Program-made: the position numbers and the translations under genes
From: Corallochytrium limacisporum Hawaii
Lineage: Eukaryota; Protista; Pluriformea
Direction of reading: 5' to 3'
NCBI GenBank assembly: GCA_002811645.1
Contig: PDIP01000003.1
Location: 310,001-374,000, forward strand
DNA: 64,000 bases
Shown here: positions 22,036-33,864 of the stretch, piece after piece
Layout of the letters: each line of letters starts with the position of its first letter
How positions within the stretch are numbered: position 1 is the first letter of the stretch
The notes under the pieces: model-generated
What the model saw: only the letters and a program-made list of their open reading frames with translations
What the model was told of the DNA's origin: nothing
Database searches by the model: none

Positions 22036-23471
22036 TGTGGGTTAAACTATTGAAATTATTATCTTGCTTGCCCTCGTCGAAAGGGATAGTACATTCATGA
22101 CATCCTCATGGCACGAAGGTAGCGCATATCACATTATTACGCCATCCACTTGCTCCGTGGGTATATGGGATTACAGCTCAGTGCAAAATATACAAGCCCA
22201 CACCACCTTGAGTACCCGTTCACTCATAAAGATCGTCATAATTCCTCGTGACACGGACTAGTATTCATTTACGAGTTGTCGGTATCAGAGAGCCCTCGAC
22301 CTTTAGCACTCTTAGTATCCAGTACGTTTACGAACGTGCACACCCACACACACGGTTCATAGATGAGGGTACCAAAGGAACGTCACTGCTCACAGCCTGC
22401 TCATGATACTAAGACCCCTTGTGCCAACACCGGGTCAGCACCGCCGCGATACCATAAGCCACCGCCTATGCAAAATACACCACGGCCCACTTCGGCCCAC
22501 TTCGTGGGTCGAATCCTTCCCCGCTCACCCCCAAAAAGATTATTTTCCGCACACGCTGACCATGTTGCGGTTGTTCCCAGCCTTTTTTTTTTTCTCTCCC
22601 TCTCTCTCTCTCTTTTCACTTTTCTCTTTTTGCGAACTAAAAGGAAAACGAATGGGCGGGCCGGCACGGAAGGGAGCGGGTGGGGGCGCGGGGCACGCCA
22701 CCGGAATAGCCACGTTGCAGTGAGGACTTGTCTTCACCGTCTGCCCGCTTTGCTGAATTCACTATGGCCGGAACGGGGCGGTGTGGCGTGAACGCGTCTC
22801 CCCCACTTTGTCCCCGTTTTCCGCTGCGAGTGAGACTCGCCAATCGCGGTATCCGTTCCGATCTCGCCTCTCTCAGTACAGATTGTATTATGAAAGAGTT
22901 CGGCCATCTCAACTTCTGACGATATATTGGAAGGAGTTGCATTTTGAGATAGTTCTTATTTATCAGTGTGTCGCGATGGGATATGTCCATATCATTTGAC
23001 TATCTGTCCTGTTATACTGAATAAGTAAGCGTTTTGAAACATGCTGTCGTATAATGGGATGTCACTGGCTTTCATCCGTCGTCCTTACGTTCAGCAGTTC
23101 CGTTTCTTTTCCTTCCCCTGTCGGCCATGGCTCTTCACCCCAAGGCCTCCCTCCCTCCTCCCCCAAACCTCAGTGTTGCCCGTCCCCGCTCGGGGTGAGT
23201 GTCTGTGCTGCTGGCTTTTGTTTGGAGCGCTGGAGTCCCTTTAATCAAAAATCAATAACGGAAAATATTGATTGTATTCAACACCATGTGTCTGGGTAAC
23301 GGCAAGCGAAGGCCGATGCGGCAGGTGGATTAGGATCGCGGCACGATGAATGGTACATTAGACGGCAGTGAGCGAAAATATTCTGCGAACTTGCGGATAG
23401 GATTAAATGCGGTGGTATGGACTCGACCAAGACAACACCGCGAGCGTACCGGCCGGTTGGTACATCCGTCT

Positions 23472-24320
23472 TTACATACGTGCCTTGCGCTTTTCCGAAA
23501 GGCGCTGCGCCATCATCATGAACGCCTTGGCAGGATCGCCACTCTCAAAGCGATGAGCGATCGTAGTCTGCTCAATGTCGTTCGTCATCAAGCTTTGGCG
23601 ACGATAGTCGCTGGAGATAAGATCCTTGCCGACCTGAAGAGGGGCAGACCAGAACTCGGCCAGCTCAGAGACACGTTTCTCGAGGTCCTCGCGGAAAGTG
23701 GCATTGGGGTATACTTTGGCGACGAAACCAACACGTTCCAACTCGCGAGCCGTAACTGTGCGTCCACCGAGAAGGATGTCGTTTGCCAGACTCCTTCCCA
23801 TGCTAAATGGGAAAGTAAAAGCCGACCCGCCTTCGGGACAAATGGCAAGGGTCATGAAGGGGCAATACAGAGAACTGCTCTCAGCAGCGTAGACCATGTC
23901 AAAAGCACCCAGCTGAGCAGCAGCAATTCCAACAGCAGGCCCGTTAAGGCCACAGATGAGCAATTTCTTTGCATTGTAAAGGACACGGGTCAGGCCAGAA
24001 GGGCCCCCGTCGAGGTCGGTACGGGTGTTCCTGAAGCTCTCAGCCCTGCCCACATAGTCATCTTCAGGCCTTGGCTGCAGAAAGCGCTGTTGAGAGGTGG
24101 ATGCTTGCGCTACATCAGCCCCGGAAGAGTAGAATCTACCTTCGCCGGTGATGACAATAATTTTGACATTGGGATCACTCTCGGCGGCCAACACGTAGTC
24201 AGTGGTCAGACGGTAGGAATTTGAATTCATTGCATTGCCAACCTTAGGCCGGTTGAAACGGATCCATGCTACTCCCTCTGGAGTAACATTGTAGGTCACG
24301 TCGTTTGAGTTGTCGGCCAT
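23472..24320 (-). CDS. Crotonase-family enoyl-CoA isomerase (ECI2/Eci1-like), peroxisomal
   Basis: IRFNRPKVGNAMN, ITGEGRFYSSGADV, LNGPAVGIAA, PF..LAICPEGGS; C-terminal ARM resembles PTS1. Confidence 0.9.
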   Translation of the reverse strand: MADNSNDVTYNVTPEGVAWIRFNRPKVGNAMNSNSYRLTTDYVLAAESDPNVKIIVITGEGRFYSSGADVAQASTSQQRFLQPRPEDDYVGRAESFRNTRTDLDGGPSGLTRVLYNAKKLLICGLNGPAVGIAAAQLGAFDMVYAAESSSLYCPFMTLAICPEGGSAFTFPFSMGRSLANDILLGGRTVTARELERVGFVAKVYPNATFREDLEKRVSELAEFWSAPLQVGKDLISSDYRRQSLMTNDIEQTTIAHRFESGDPAKAFMMMAQRLSEKRKARM

Positions 24321-24788
24321 ATTGCAAGGTGTTTGAACTAAGCTCTTAAGTATCCTCAGGGAATACTCTCAGCTGAACTTTTCAAGACCAACGGATTTTC
24401 CCCCCGTTAAACACCTTCGCAAGGCTTGGCCGTGTGGGCCTGGCTACCTATGTAGTTTCCCCTACGTAAGCTATGGCGCACCCATCCCTTAAATTAGAAG
24501 ACTACCGAGTCTAGTCTGCAGACATTCTATCGCCTAGAAAGTCATGCCACAGATGAAAGCTGCGTCACTAGTGCGGAGTCAGGGATGCTGGTTCCCTGAA
24601 GTTCTCCCAAGCCCCTCGGGAAGTAGAATCCTCGAGGCAGATGGCACTGTTCCAAATATTCATGAGGATCATATCCTTCTCTCTCTCTCTCCCCCCCCCC
24701 CCCCCAAACAGCAACGACCGACCGGGCTAGGAATGGACGTAGGACCACGACCCGCTCGTTTTTGATTAGGTGCGCAAGTGGCGCAGCG

Positions 24789-24820
24789 GAAACAGTGCTG
24801 AAACAGTGCGAAAACAGTGC
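24789..24820. repeat. Three tandem copies of AAACAGTGC
   Basis: gaaacagtgctgaaacagtgcgaaaacagtgc. Confidence 0.75.
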
Positions 24821-25443
24821 CGCGTTGCAATATCGTTTCTGCAACTCGCCTCTCTAGATTGCCTGATCTCCTTAGCAAAAATAGAGCGGACAGGTTGCTG
24901 TAGCGAAAGCGAGCTCTGCGTACTAAAAATAGAGGGACGACGAGACCCTAGGGAACCCCTTCCCAGACCGCCCAAAGCCATCATGATTTTGTTAATCAAA
25001 AATCTGAGTAATTTGTAAATTGGTAGTAATGTCTTCAATAAGATATCTTGATTCTATTTTAATATTAAAATTTATATACATACATGAATCATACATGATT
25101 TCAAGGTAACGAATCTTGGGCGGGGGGGAACCTCGGGGCCGGTTCATGTGCGCTCCAGCAACCCCTGCAAAGTAGGGGTCGGGCCGCAATACGACCGGGA
25201 AATAAAACGTGTATGCGAGTTGTTGCGTGTGGTTGAATCCCCTTGATCCGGAGACTTGCACACATACAGAGAGAGAGAGAGAGCTCTCCAGTTCACAACA
25301 GGGTGCAAACTTTGAATCACTGGTCTGCTGCTTCTCAGTCCACATGTTATTTGAGTGAGAATGCTTCGATCTCTGAACTTGACCACAACACAAGGGGTTC
25401 ATGCACTCCAGAATCAGTACAAGTTTGTTGTCAACATAACACA

Positions 25444-25728
25444 ATGGCAGCTGGACGAACAGGCCGCTGCTTTGCGAGGGCTTTCGGCTCACCACAGAAT
25501 CTTAGATTTTCCGCACGGACAACGAATAATGCGGGCAAGAATTCAACAAACACACTTCGGAGTTTGTTTGCAGAAGAGGCCTCGGTAGGTGGGTCGCAGC
25601 GGACAAGATCGGGACTGCGCTCCATGGCCCGCCAGTTTATTGCAAGCGAAAGTCGTGCGTTGGCCGTTGGAGCAATGTTGAAGGCCGTGGATATTATCAA
25701 CTACAAGAGTATTTTGGATGATACATAA
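25444..25728 (+). CDS. Small (94 aa) basic protein, possibly mitochondrial
   Basis: acaATG context like other genes here; Arg/Ser/Ala-rich N-terminus; ends ILDDT; followed by an AT-rich stretch convergent with the next gene. Confidence 0.5.
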   Translation: MAAGRTGRCFARAFGSPQNLRFSARTTNNAGKNSTNTLRSLFAEEASVGGSQRTRSGLRSMARQFIASESRALAVGAMLKAVDIINYKSILDDT

Positions 25729-25888
25729 CAAAGCCAAGAGTGTACTCCGCAAAGGGTCGAATTTACTAGAACGATAAAGAACGTGTGCCATGTACATGGA
25801 CGAATTATTAAATGTATTGCTATGAAACGGAAAAGTCTATGTTGGATTCAAATGCTATGTTTATGAATTGCAAATGAAGGGATGATGG

Positions 25889-27412
25889 CTAGACAATATT
25901 ACCATAGAAAGCCTTTCTGAATTTGTTGCGGATGACATTGTTGATTCCAATAGAGTCTAGATACTTATCCACAGACCCGTAGTTTCTCTCAAGCTTGTCA
26001 AATACAGAAACCATGGTATCATACTCCGAACTCACCCAGTTGTCAGTGAGGCCCATCTGCAAGAACTGCTTGTGCATCGCCGGCAGCCAGGTGACCAGGC
26101 CCGTGGTACTCAGAGCATAGTCTCTTGCTATGATCTCCTTTGATGCTCCCAGGATGTGGAGGGCCATGGCGGTCACAAGTCCGGTACGGTCCTTACCATG
26201 TGCACAGCTAATCAGTACTGGATGGTTGGAAGGATCCGCCATAATTGCAAGTGACCGAGCCATGTTCGTCTTGCCGCATTCAAGTACCACTGAATATTCG
26301 ACGTCCAAAGTACGCTTGGACAAGACAGTTGTGCACACGTAGTGGCTGGTCTTCGCCTTACCACTCTCTCCGTGCTTCCTGTTGGAAATTTTCTCCTTCA
26401 ATGCGATGTTGATAAGTTTCATACGCTGACTGCCATTCATTGCACCCCAAACACCCCGATGATAGTAACGAGGCCCCAGCAGAGGAGTCAGAAAGCGACG
26501 TCGATCACCATGTTTGTTGCCATACACACGAAAGTAGGATTTAGGTGTGTTCTTTGGCTTCGGCAGACTCTTCGCTTCTGAGATCCTAAAGTCCTCATAG
26601 AGGGCCTTACTACCTTCCGCACGCTCAACCTCATCAACATTTCGCAGGTCAAGATGAGTTTTAAGGCCTATTTCGTTCAGGAAAAATTCAACGTCCCCCG
26701 GAGAACAACTATCCAAGTTTGCGGATCTAAACAACTTGCCGTAGGGAATCTTGGTTGATGTGCCATCGGGCAGAGTTGCCTCCTGGCCACCAGCGTCCCG
26801 AAGATTAATAACGTTCTCCCGTGAAATCAAACGCTCCTTTCCTTTTGAGTCCCGAATGATGAGCTTAGGTGCCTGCTCAATATCTGCAGCCCGGGGTGTC
26901 AGCTCAGGAAAGTATTCAGCATTGACCAAACGGTCAAAGCCCTTGACCACCAAGTTCGCTGGCTTTTTGGCTGTGCTCCCAATGAAGTCAAAAACAGCGC
27001 TGCGCCTGCGCGGCAATTCTTCTTCTTCTTCAGTCATACCTGCAGGCATACTCAAGGTACGGGTTAATGTGTGAGACCCTTCGCTGTCCTCATCTTGAGA
27101 CGCGGGATGCACGTCTCGAACTCCCTCTCTTGTTGAAAGCGGGGGCGGATTGCTCAGACGACGCAAGAGCTTTCGATGTTTAGCAGATGCTGGACGATTA
27201 CCTGGGAGAATCGTATTGCCCCCGGAAGAACTGCTCTGTTGACTACCCGTAGAGAGCATTGACAGTCTGGTCTCAACATCCTTTTCCTCCATCACTCGCT
27301 TCACATCTTTGCTTATCACATTTTCTGTAGGAAGTGAGCCGCGTCGCTCTTGTGTCGTTTCAGCTATCAGAGGACCATTTCCTGTCTCTGTGCCCTTTTC
27401 TTTCGGAGTCAT
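25889..27412 (-). CDS. Protein tyrosine/lipid phosphatase (PtpB/IphP, Y_phosphatase3 type) with disordered N-terminus
   Basis: NLRDAGG, LFRSANL, DLR..E, P-loop SCAHGKDRTG (CX5R), DYALS, YGSVDKYL. Confidence 0.9.
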   Translation of the reverse strand: MTPKEKGTETGNGPLIAETTQERRGSLPTENVISKDVKRVMEEKDVETRLSMLSTGSQQSSSSGGNTILPGNRPASAKHRKLLRRLSNPPPLSTREGVRDVHPASQDEDSEGSHTLTRTLSMPAGMTEEEEELPRRRSAVFDFIGSTAKKPANLVVKGFDRLVNAEYFPELTPRAADIEQAPKLIIRDSKGKERLISRENVINLRDAGGQEATLPDGTSTKIPYGKLFRSANLDSCSPGDVEFFLNEIGLKTHLDLRNVDEVERAEGSKALYEDFRISEAKSLPKPKNTPKSYFRVYGNKHGDRRRFLTPLLGPRYYHRGVWGAMNGSQRMKLINIALKEKISNRKHGESGKAKTSHYVCTTVLSKRTLDVEYSVVLECGKTNMARSLAIMADPSNHPVLISCAHGKDRTGLVTAMALHILGASKEIIARDYALSTTGLVTWLPAMHKQFLQMGLTDNWVSSEYDTMVSVFDKLERNYGSVDKYLDSIGINNVIRNKFRKAFYGNIV

Positions 27413-30375
27413 GTTGCGTCTGGACCAGATTTCTCTATCGAGAGCTAGATAGAAGTGCGCACGTCTGCGTTCTCACCCAGTTTCCATTCGACTTTGTCTT
27501 ATAGCTATGGTTACCCTTTCGTCTTCATATTAGTCATTGTCTGTATACAATCATCACCGTCCACTGCGCTAGCCATTCTGCTTGATCCCTTCCAAATACC
27601 TTGTGCCCCAGACCTCCTATACTTCCGCCTCACATTCCAGGGGTAAAGATCACCAGGCTCCGGGACTTGTCCACTCCCTCTCCCCGGCCCCCCCCCCCCT
27701 TCCGGGTCATGCGATGTATGTCCCAGCCGTGAGTCTGCGGGCTATTCAAGAGGAGCCCCTCACGTAACAAGAAGCGTACACTGCGTAAGATGGAGCCCGC
27801 GAACCAGCAGCATCGGTTCCGGTCCCGCATTTATCGACCACGGTCAGGAGTGTTCTAATGTGACCGAAGGGGCCGTTTTTTAATTGTACGTGAATTAAAG
27901 TGCCCTGCAGAAAATTTTTGGCCCGTCGTGAACTGCTGCTCAGCACGCCCTCACACTCCCGCTTTCACCTTGCCCGAGGGGTACTTCAAGCCAGCTCTGT
28001 CATACCGCCAATAGGTATTAAAGACTGTGAACTGTGGCAGACCTGGACATAGCGGTAAACGATGGCACAGGGCCGACGCAGGGAAATCAAATATGTTCGC
28101 ACTTCGTGGTAGTGCCGTTTCGTAAACCTAGGGTACTACAAACGGGATGCAGAGAATTCAAGGGCAGGGCACCAAGAATTTAATGAGGAAGTGAATTCTG
28201 CTGCCGTGGTGTGATTTCTGCGCCCACCTGTGGCTTTACGAACCGCCTCGCCCTCCAATTTTTTTTTCTGCCCTTGATTCATGCTGCCATGGTTCGGCCT
28301 CCCCTCCCTACCCCGAAAGTGCAAAATGAGCAAACGGGCCCTGAGCCGGGACCCCTCCCCCAGCGTGAAACCCGCAGCAAACGTTGGAAAAATATTCTGG
28401 GTGACTTGGTTTCTTCCAATGCCCACTGCTGCGGGCGCAGGGACCCGGATGCGGCGACTCCCGGGAGTCAGACTCGCCCGAACCGAACTGCCCCCGGACC
28501 CCGCGAACGTCCGTGAAGAGAAAATCGCACCGGTCTGCGTCTCCACACCCTGGCTCGGATACTATCTCTACTTGTTGTTGCGGTGATTATATAACTTGGA
28601 GAGAAAAATTTGCAAAGAACCAATCCTCTCATTCGTGCGACAGCTGCAGCCTGTCAGAAAAAAATCATCAACTCTCTAAAGGTTTGCTGCCGTGCAGCGG
28701 TGTTTCTTAACCAAAAGCCGGATTGGACTGGTACACGGTGGTAAGCAAAACCCGGCGTTTGTAATAAATCATGGCCAAATTCCATCGCTTCTAGGGGGTG
28801 GAGACTGTCTTTTCGTCACCTGTTCTCCGAATCTCCAATGCAGCAACCATTGTCTCTACAGTCAGCTGAGCGTTATGGAGTTGGTGTGGTGGATTCGCGG
28901 CATCAGGCAAGCATCGCTCAGGCAGGATAATGTCCGGCCTAAGGATTGGATATGGGGATCCGCATCCCAATAGGACCTGCCAGTCATCGTCCAAATGAGT
29001 TTGGACCATGTACAAGTGAAGGCGGAGGGCATCCAGAGGATACACGCATCCAGGAGTAGGGCGAGTTCATGCGTTGGAAGATCACTAAGCCAATGCTTGT
29101 ACGCAACAGTTCTTTTCACATGCTGGAATGAAGGTAAGGTATTCTCCTACACTGAACCATGCATATATTGTTAAGGTATGTATACTTGGTTCGGGGTGTT
29201 GCTGGGCATAGGCTTGTTCACTTGGGCTTGCCCTCTCTGTCTGTCCGGTCCAGAAGAGTCTTAGTGACTATTTATAAAGCCCTCCGGATATAAAAGAGAA
29301 GTATGCTGCGACTGGGAGTGTATAATGAAAGTACTGCAATTCCACGAACGCACCCGATGATTGGCGGAAGGAGAGCATCGGCCCATTCCAGTTTGTTCTG
29401 TGCCACTTGAGTTTTCTTCACTCCCGCTTCTCCAACGGGCTACAAAATACGGAGCTTGGTAGTGGTGCTGGGCGTCAGTTGGCTTTACATGCTGGCCAAA
29501 AAAGGCCTTCGACGATGAACTGGCAGCCAGAGATATGCGGATAGAAATGCCCAGCTTCCCCATTCCCCACCTTTGGAGCACCGTGGTTTTAAATGGCCCT
29601 GCTCTGCTTGAGTCTTTTCCTCTGTTGTGGGTGACTGTGCCGAATTTCCCCTATGAAAAAAAAATAGGGGCTCTGGGCGTGCGCATGGACCTCCCATATT
29701 TTTTTTTTACTTGAGTCCGTAATAGGATATACACTGGCGCCTAGTATCCTTCCCCACACCCCATATTCTTTCCTACACCGTTTTTACCGGTGGACCTGCC
29801 CGTCCTCCGCCGTGATAATCCCCGTCAAATTCACGGTAGTCATCCCATATTCACGAGGCCTTAATAATCTTATCTTCATTGGAATGTTGTTGGTTACGAT
29901 TCAGTGCCACCACTGCAGAGTTCAGTTGTTAAGCATGATGAGGTGGTGATAAGTCTGCTGGATGCCACTACATGTGAGCGGGAGAGCAATAACAGCGAAA
30001 TCCTGACAGTTGCGACGTATCAGATGGTCGATATATGGGGTCTGGCTGAAGTCCATATATATTGAGTACTGCGCAGTACCGCTTGTGCAGAGCGGCTGGT
30101 GAGGAGGCGGGAGGGAAGAGGAATGGAAGCCGGGGAGTAGAACGGCAGAGTTTTTCACCCTGGAGTTTAGAGGGAGCGATCGTACCGATGGTCTGCGACT
30201 TGTTGCTCTGAGGTGGGATGCATTTCTGCTTGCATGGATGTCCTCTACATCAGACTCGTTGCCAAATTTGCCTTGCGATCCGTCAGCTATGTAAAATGGA
30301 CAGCTTTTCTTCTAGAAACTCAACGGGACCTGGCCCTGCAAAGAACAAGAGCGAGTATGTGCTAGGCCGTTTCTC

Positions 30376-32076
30376 ATGGCGAGCAATAGTATTGAAAATG
30401 TGGAGGCCTTAAAGGCAGCAGAGGTGCCCGGCGGGCGATCTCGGGGTAGCAATGGATCGAACATATCGAAGTCTGACACCCAGGAGGTTCCTGTGGACCC
30501 AGTTGAAGGCGACAGCAGAAATGCAAGTCCCGAGCGGGTCCCTCAAACACCGGTTGAAGAATCTGCGGCACAAGCAGATGAGGAGGCCAACCCTGCGGAA
30601 TCAGATACAGAAGAACATGCTACAACTCCACCAGATCCGGAGCGGCGAGTGAGCCATGCATCTTGGAATGTGAGTCCGATGGATGACCTGCCTGAGATCC
30701 CGACTGGTGTGGAGTGTCGTTGCGTTTCCAAATTGACTCGCAACAGTAGCGTGGCCGTGGACACTGTGATACCCATCGCTAAGGAGCGTGTCATGGGATT
30801 GTGTTTTCACGGTGACTACGATGTTTGGGATAAGTACACACGAGAAGAGCCATCTCTAGCCAAGTTTGCCGACACCGATTATCACCGCGGTGGCTGGGTG
30901 GTGAGCAAGAACGGATGCTGCCTGGAGCGGCACCTCAAATTTAGAAGCCCCGCAGTTGATATGCCCTTTGGCATTGGCTCTAACACGACCAGGATAACGC
31001 ACGTTCACCGCGTGCGCTGGAGCAAGGTGGGGCTTCTATACCACACTCGAGCATTCGCCTACGATGTGCCATACGGTGAGTCGTTTGTGGTAGACAATGA
31101 ATGGATCTTTGCGAACAATAGGAAGGGCCCAGGCACGCACTTTAAGGTTCTTGTCGACGTCCGTTTCATCAAATCTTGTTGGGTTAAGAATATTATTCGG
31201 TCCACAGCGATTGGACCAGCCGTAGACAATGCGAAAAAAACGGCGCAGTTACTCGTCAATGTGGCCAAGGCGGCAGCACCACGTCTCGATCGCGAAGAAG
31301 CAGCAGCATCGCCAGCGGGAGATTTCCGGAAGAGCTTGGCTGTGAACTCTGAAGCGTTCCTGATTCCAGAGCAGGAAGAATATGAAGGACAGCGTGATGA
31401 AACAGAATCCGTAGATGAGGTTCCCCGAGAAATTCTTGAGCGCGCCCCTACAGCCATCTTTGTGTCTGTGGTTGCCTTCTGCGTTGGATTCTTCTACCTT
31501 TACGTCAAACAATTGGAGACTCAAGCGGCAACTGCGACATTGACAAGGGAAGTCGCTGCTCTCAAGCTTGCCCTCGTTGAAGCATTTCCTAAATCAGAGT
31601 TGGCAACAAAACTCACGGGCCAGAGCATGGAAGTCCTGGAAGAGTTCAATGATCGACGCATGCTTGCGGAAAAAGCGCTTCAGGATTATATGACGGTCAT
31701 GTCCAAGATTGATAGCCAGATGGGCAGTGTCATCGAGGCCCAGCTGCATGCTGTTGGTGGCCACTCTGGATACTCCTTCAGTTGGTTCGAGGTGACTTTG
31801 GTCATTGTGATCCTGGCAGCCGCTGCCGCCATGGCAGCCTGGACGCAACTACCCACTGCTCGGGAGTTGGTCCGGAAATACCAGGATTACCTGCCTCATG
31901 TCGGTACCAACGAGGATGACGAAGCGCCCTCTTTCGACATTGATGCACCAGAGGCTGCCAAGAAGCTTGATCGGCGGGTTACGCAGATCTTACTCCGCGA
32001 AGCGAGCATGGGTGGCCCTGCTACTCCGCACTCTACAGATTCGCACCTTGAAACCGTGCCTGAGAACAGCGATTGA
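30376..32076 (+). CDS. VASt/StARkin (GRAMD1/LAM-like) sterol-transfer domain membrane protein
   Basis: DVPYGESFVV..W and VRFIKSCWVKNIIRS signature; two hydrophobic segments downstream; no GRAM domain evident. Confidence 0.8.
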   Translation: MASNSIENVEALKAAEVPGGRSRGSNGSNISKSDTQEVPVDPVEGDSRNASPERVPQTPVEESAAQADEEANPAESDTEEHATTPPDPERRVSHASWNVSPMDDLPEIPTGVECRCVSKLTRNSSVAVDTVIPIAKERVMGLCFHGDYDVWDKYTREEPSLAKFADTDYHRGGWVVSKNGCCLERHLKFRSPAVDMPFGIGSNTTRITHVHRVRWSKVGLLYHTRAFAYDVPYGESFVVDNEWIFANNRKGPGTHFKVLVDVRFIKSCWVKNIIRSTAIGPAVDNAKKTAQLLVNVAKAAAPRLDREEAAASPAGDFRKSLAVNSEAFLIPEQEEYEGQRDETESVDEVPREILERAPTAIFVSVVAFCVGFFYLYVKQLETQAATATLTREVAALKLALVEAFPKSELATKLTGQSMEVLEEFNDRRMLAEKALQDYMTVMSKIDSQMGSVIEAQLHAVGGHSGYSFSWFEVTLVIVILAAAAAMAAWTQLPTARELVRKYQDYLPHVGTNEDDEAPSFDIDAPEAAKKLDRRVTQILLREASMGGPATPHSTDSHLETVPENSD

Positions 32077-32451
32077 CTGTCCACAAACTACATTCAACTA
32101 CATAAGATACTACGAGTTATAAGTCGTATTTATTGATTTTTCTGCCGTGCCTAAGTTAAGTTTGAGCCCCCCCCCCTCCTACAGTCATTGAGTTGCTCAA
32201 GGGGTTGGCGTCCCGCCGCGTATCCGCTGGTCGCTGAGTTGGCAGACGTGGATACTCGGTTCAAATTCTACGTATTTCAAAATTTGCGTAGCAGTCACAT
32301 GCGAGTTTGTTTAATGCCTGATCACTGGAAGAGTTTCTGCACTTCTCAATTAATTGATAAACTAAAGTGCTTCGTTAAAGAAATTTTGAGTGGTAAAGCT
32401 GTGAGCATGTGAATTACAGGAGAGAAATCCAACAAGCAATCATCGTTAACT

Positions 32452-32805
32452 ATGTCTGAAGCGGAACAGAACGCACCATCGCCGGTGGCGGAGGGAAATG
32501 ACACAGGGTGTACTAATGTCAAAACCCTTCAAACCTGTGACTTTTGTAGGGGGGAGATTCAGTCCGCAGACTTTTGCCAAACAACAGGCATGGCAGAGGA
32601 AATCCAATGTTCAAAGAACGGAAATGAAGTTACTGTGTGGCGGTCGTGTACCTATGTCATGGGTTATGAATTAGGCATGCTCGGTGTCTTTGAAGCTAGC
32701 ATGATTATAGTTCTAATTTGTTCAGTTTTTCTAATGCGACAACGAAAGAGGAAGCTTGACACAGTGGCCTATACTCGGCTTCAGAGGCAGCTTGGTGATC
32801 CTTGA
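32452..32805 (+). CDS. JTB: JTB (jumping translocation breakpoint)-like protein
   Basis: Six-Cys ectodomain (C..CDF..C.TTG..E.I.C..RSC), FE-containing TM, RQRKRKLD..Y.RL..Q tail. Confidence 0.7.
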   Translation: MSEAEQNAPSPVAEGNDTGCTNVKTLQTCDFCRGEIQSADFCQTTGMAEEIQCSKNGNEVTVWRSCTYVMGYELGMLGVFEASMIIVLICSVFLMRQRKRKLDTVAYTRLQRQLGDP

Positions 32806-32967
32806 AGGTTCCCTTCTCGCACAGATATAAACTCTTAGTTTCACCTGCTTTCTAGTTCTACGGTTTATTTACTCTATGGTATATGCGTCATACAGTGACG
32901 AAGGGGTGCATAATTCATGATGGATTCTGGATATGCCTGGTTTTGCCTTCCCTGGTGGGAACGTAAC

Positions 32968-33864
32968 TTAGAACTTGTACCAGTTAGTCTCACCGAAACC
33001 AAGTTCCTTGAGGTTGGGCAAACAGGCGAAGTCGATCATGGGCGGAGGCCCGCACATGAGAATCTGCGTGTCAGGACTAGCGGCCGGCAAATGCTTCTCA
33101 ATCATATCTTTTGTGATGAAGCCCTTGTCGTACTTCCATCCGTCCTCCGGGCGGTCAAGGGTGTACCAGACCTTAAAGTTGTCGTGTGATGCAGCCAGAC
33201 CCTCAAGTTCATCCCGTAACAAGATGTCCTTTTCAGTTTGGTTAGCGTACAGCAAGCAAACCTCAGTCTTGTCCTTGGGATCCTTCAGGATGGCTTTCAC
33301 GACCTGAAGCATTGGGGTGATACCAGAGCCACCGGCAATCATTCCAATCTTGTTACCGACGCGCTTCTCGGACTTGCTGATGGATGAAATGTCTATCTTC
33401 CCCCTGCCTTCGTAAGTAAGCTTGCCCTTAGGTCCCTTCACGTCAATAGTGTCTCCAACTTTCATATTCTCCAAATACTGGGTCATCTTGCCACCGTTGG
33501 GGAACTTGGGATGGACATTGGAAAAGTAAACTTTGATCATGAGATCAAAGTAGCCAACCTCATCATCGCTTGTGATGGGGGTGTACGAACGCATGACAGG
33601 TTTGCCGTCGACAGTAGCGCTCAGGCTCATGTGTTGACCGATAGGCAATCCCAGAATGTGCTTGTCAGAGTCAAGGGCAAACCGGAAGATGCGGGTGTCC
33701 GGGCTCACTTCCTTCTTTTCAATCAACTTGAAAGGCTTAGCCTTAGTTGCATCAAGAGCCTTCGGTGCAGAGGGTTTCGAATTCTGCATGAGATAGAAGT
33801 AGGCAGAGGCAGCCAGAACGGCAACCAATGCCAGAATAAGCGGAAGCTTCTGTTGCATATCCAT
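32968..33864 (-). CDS. CYB5R: NADH-cytochrome b5 reductase
   Basis: N-terminal anchor, LGLPIGQH, RSYTP, KVYF..VHPKFPNGGKMTQYL, MIAGGSGITPM, MCGPPPM; likely ATG 33864 (track ORF carries a 5' extension). Confidence 0.96.
   Translation of the reverse strand: MDMQQKLPLILALVAVLAASAYFYLMQNSKPSAPKALDATKAKPFKLIEKKEVSPDTRIFRFALDSDKHILGLPIGQHMSLSATVDGKPVMRSYTPITSDDEVGYFDLMIKVYFSNVHPKFPNGGKMTQYLENMKVGDTIDVKGPKGKLTYEGRGKIDISSISKSEKRVGNKIGMIAGGSGITPMLQVVKAILKDPKDKTEVCLLYANQTEKDILLRDELEGLAASHDNFKVWYTLDRPEDGWKYDKGFITKDMIEKHLPAASPDTQILMCGPPPMIDFACLPNLKELGFGETNWYKF

Noticed and set aside
22483-22520. GGGTCGAATCC resembling a tRNA T-loop
   Set aside because: No cloverleaf or A box
28690-29260. Short ORFs in the 2.9-kb divergent intergenic region, considered as a transposon relic
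   Set aside because: No RT, transposase or integrase motif, TIR, LTR or TSD recognised
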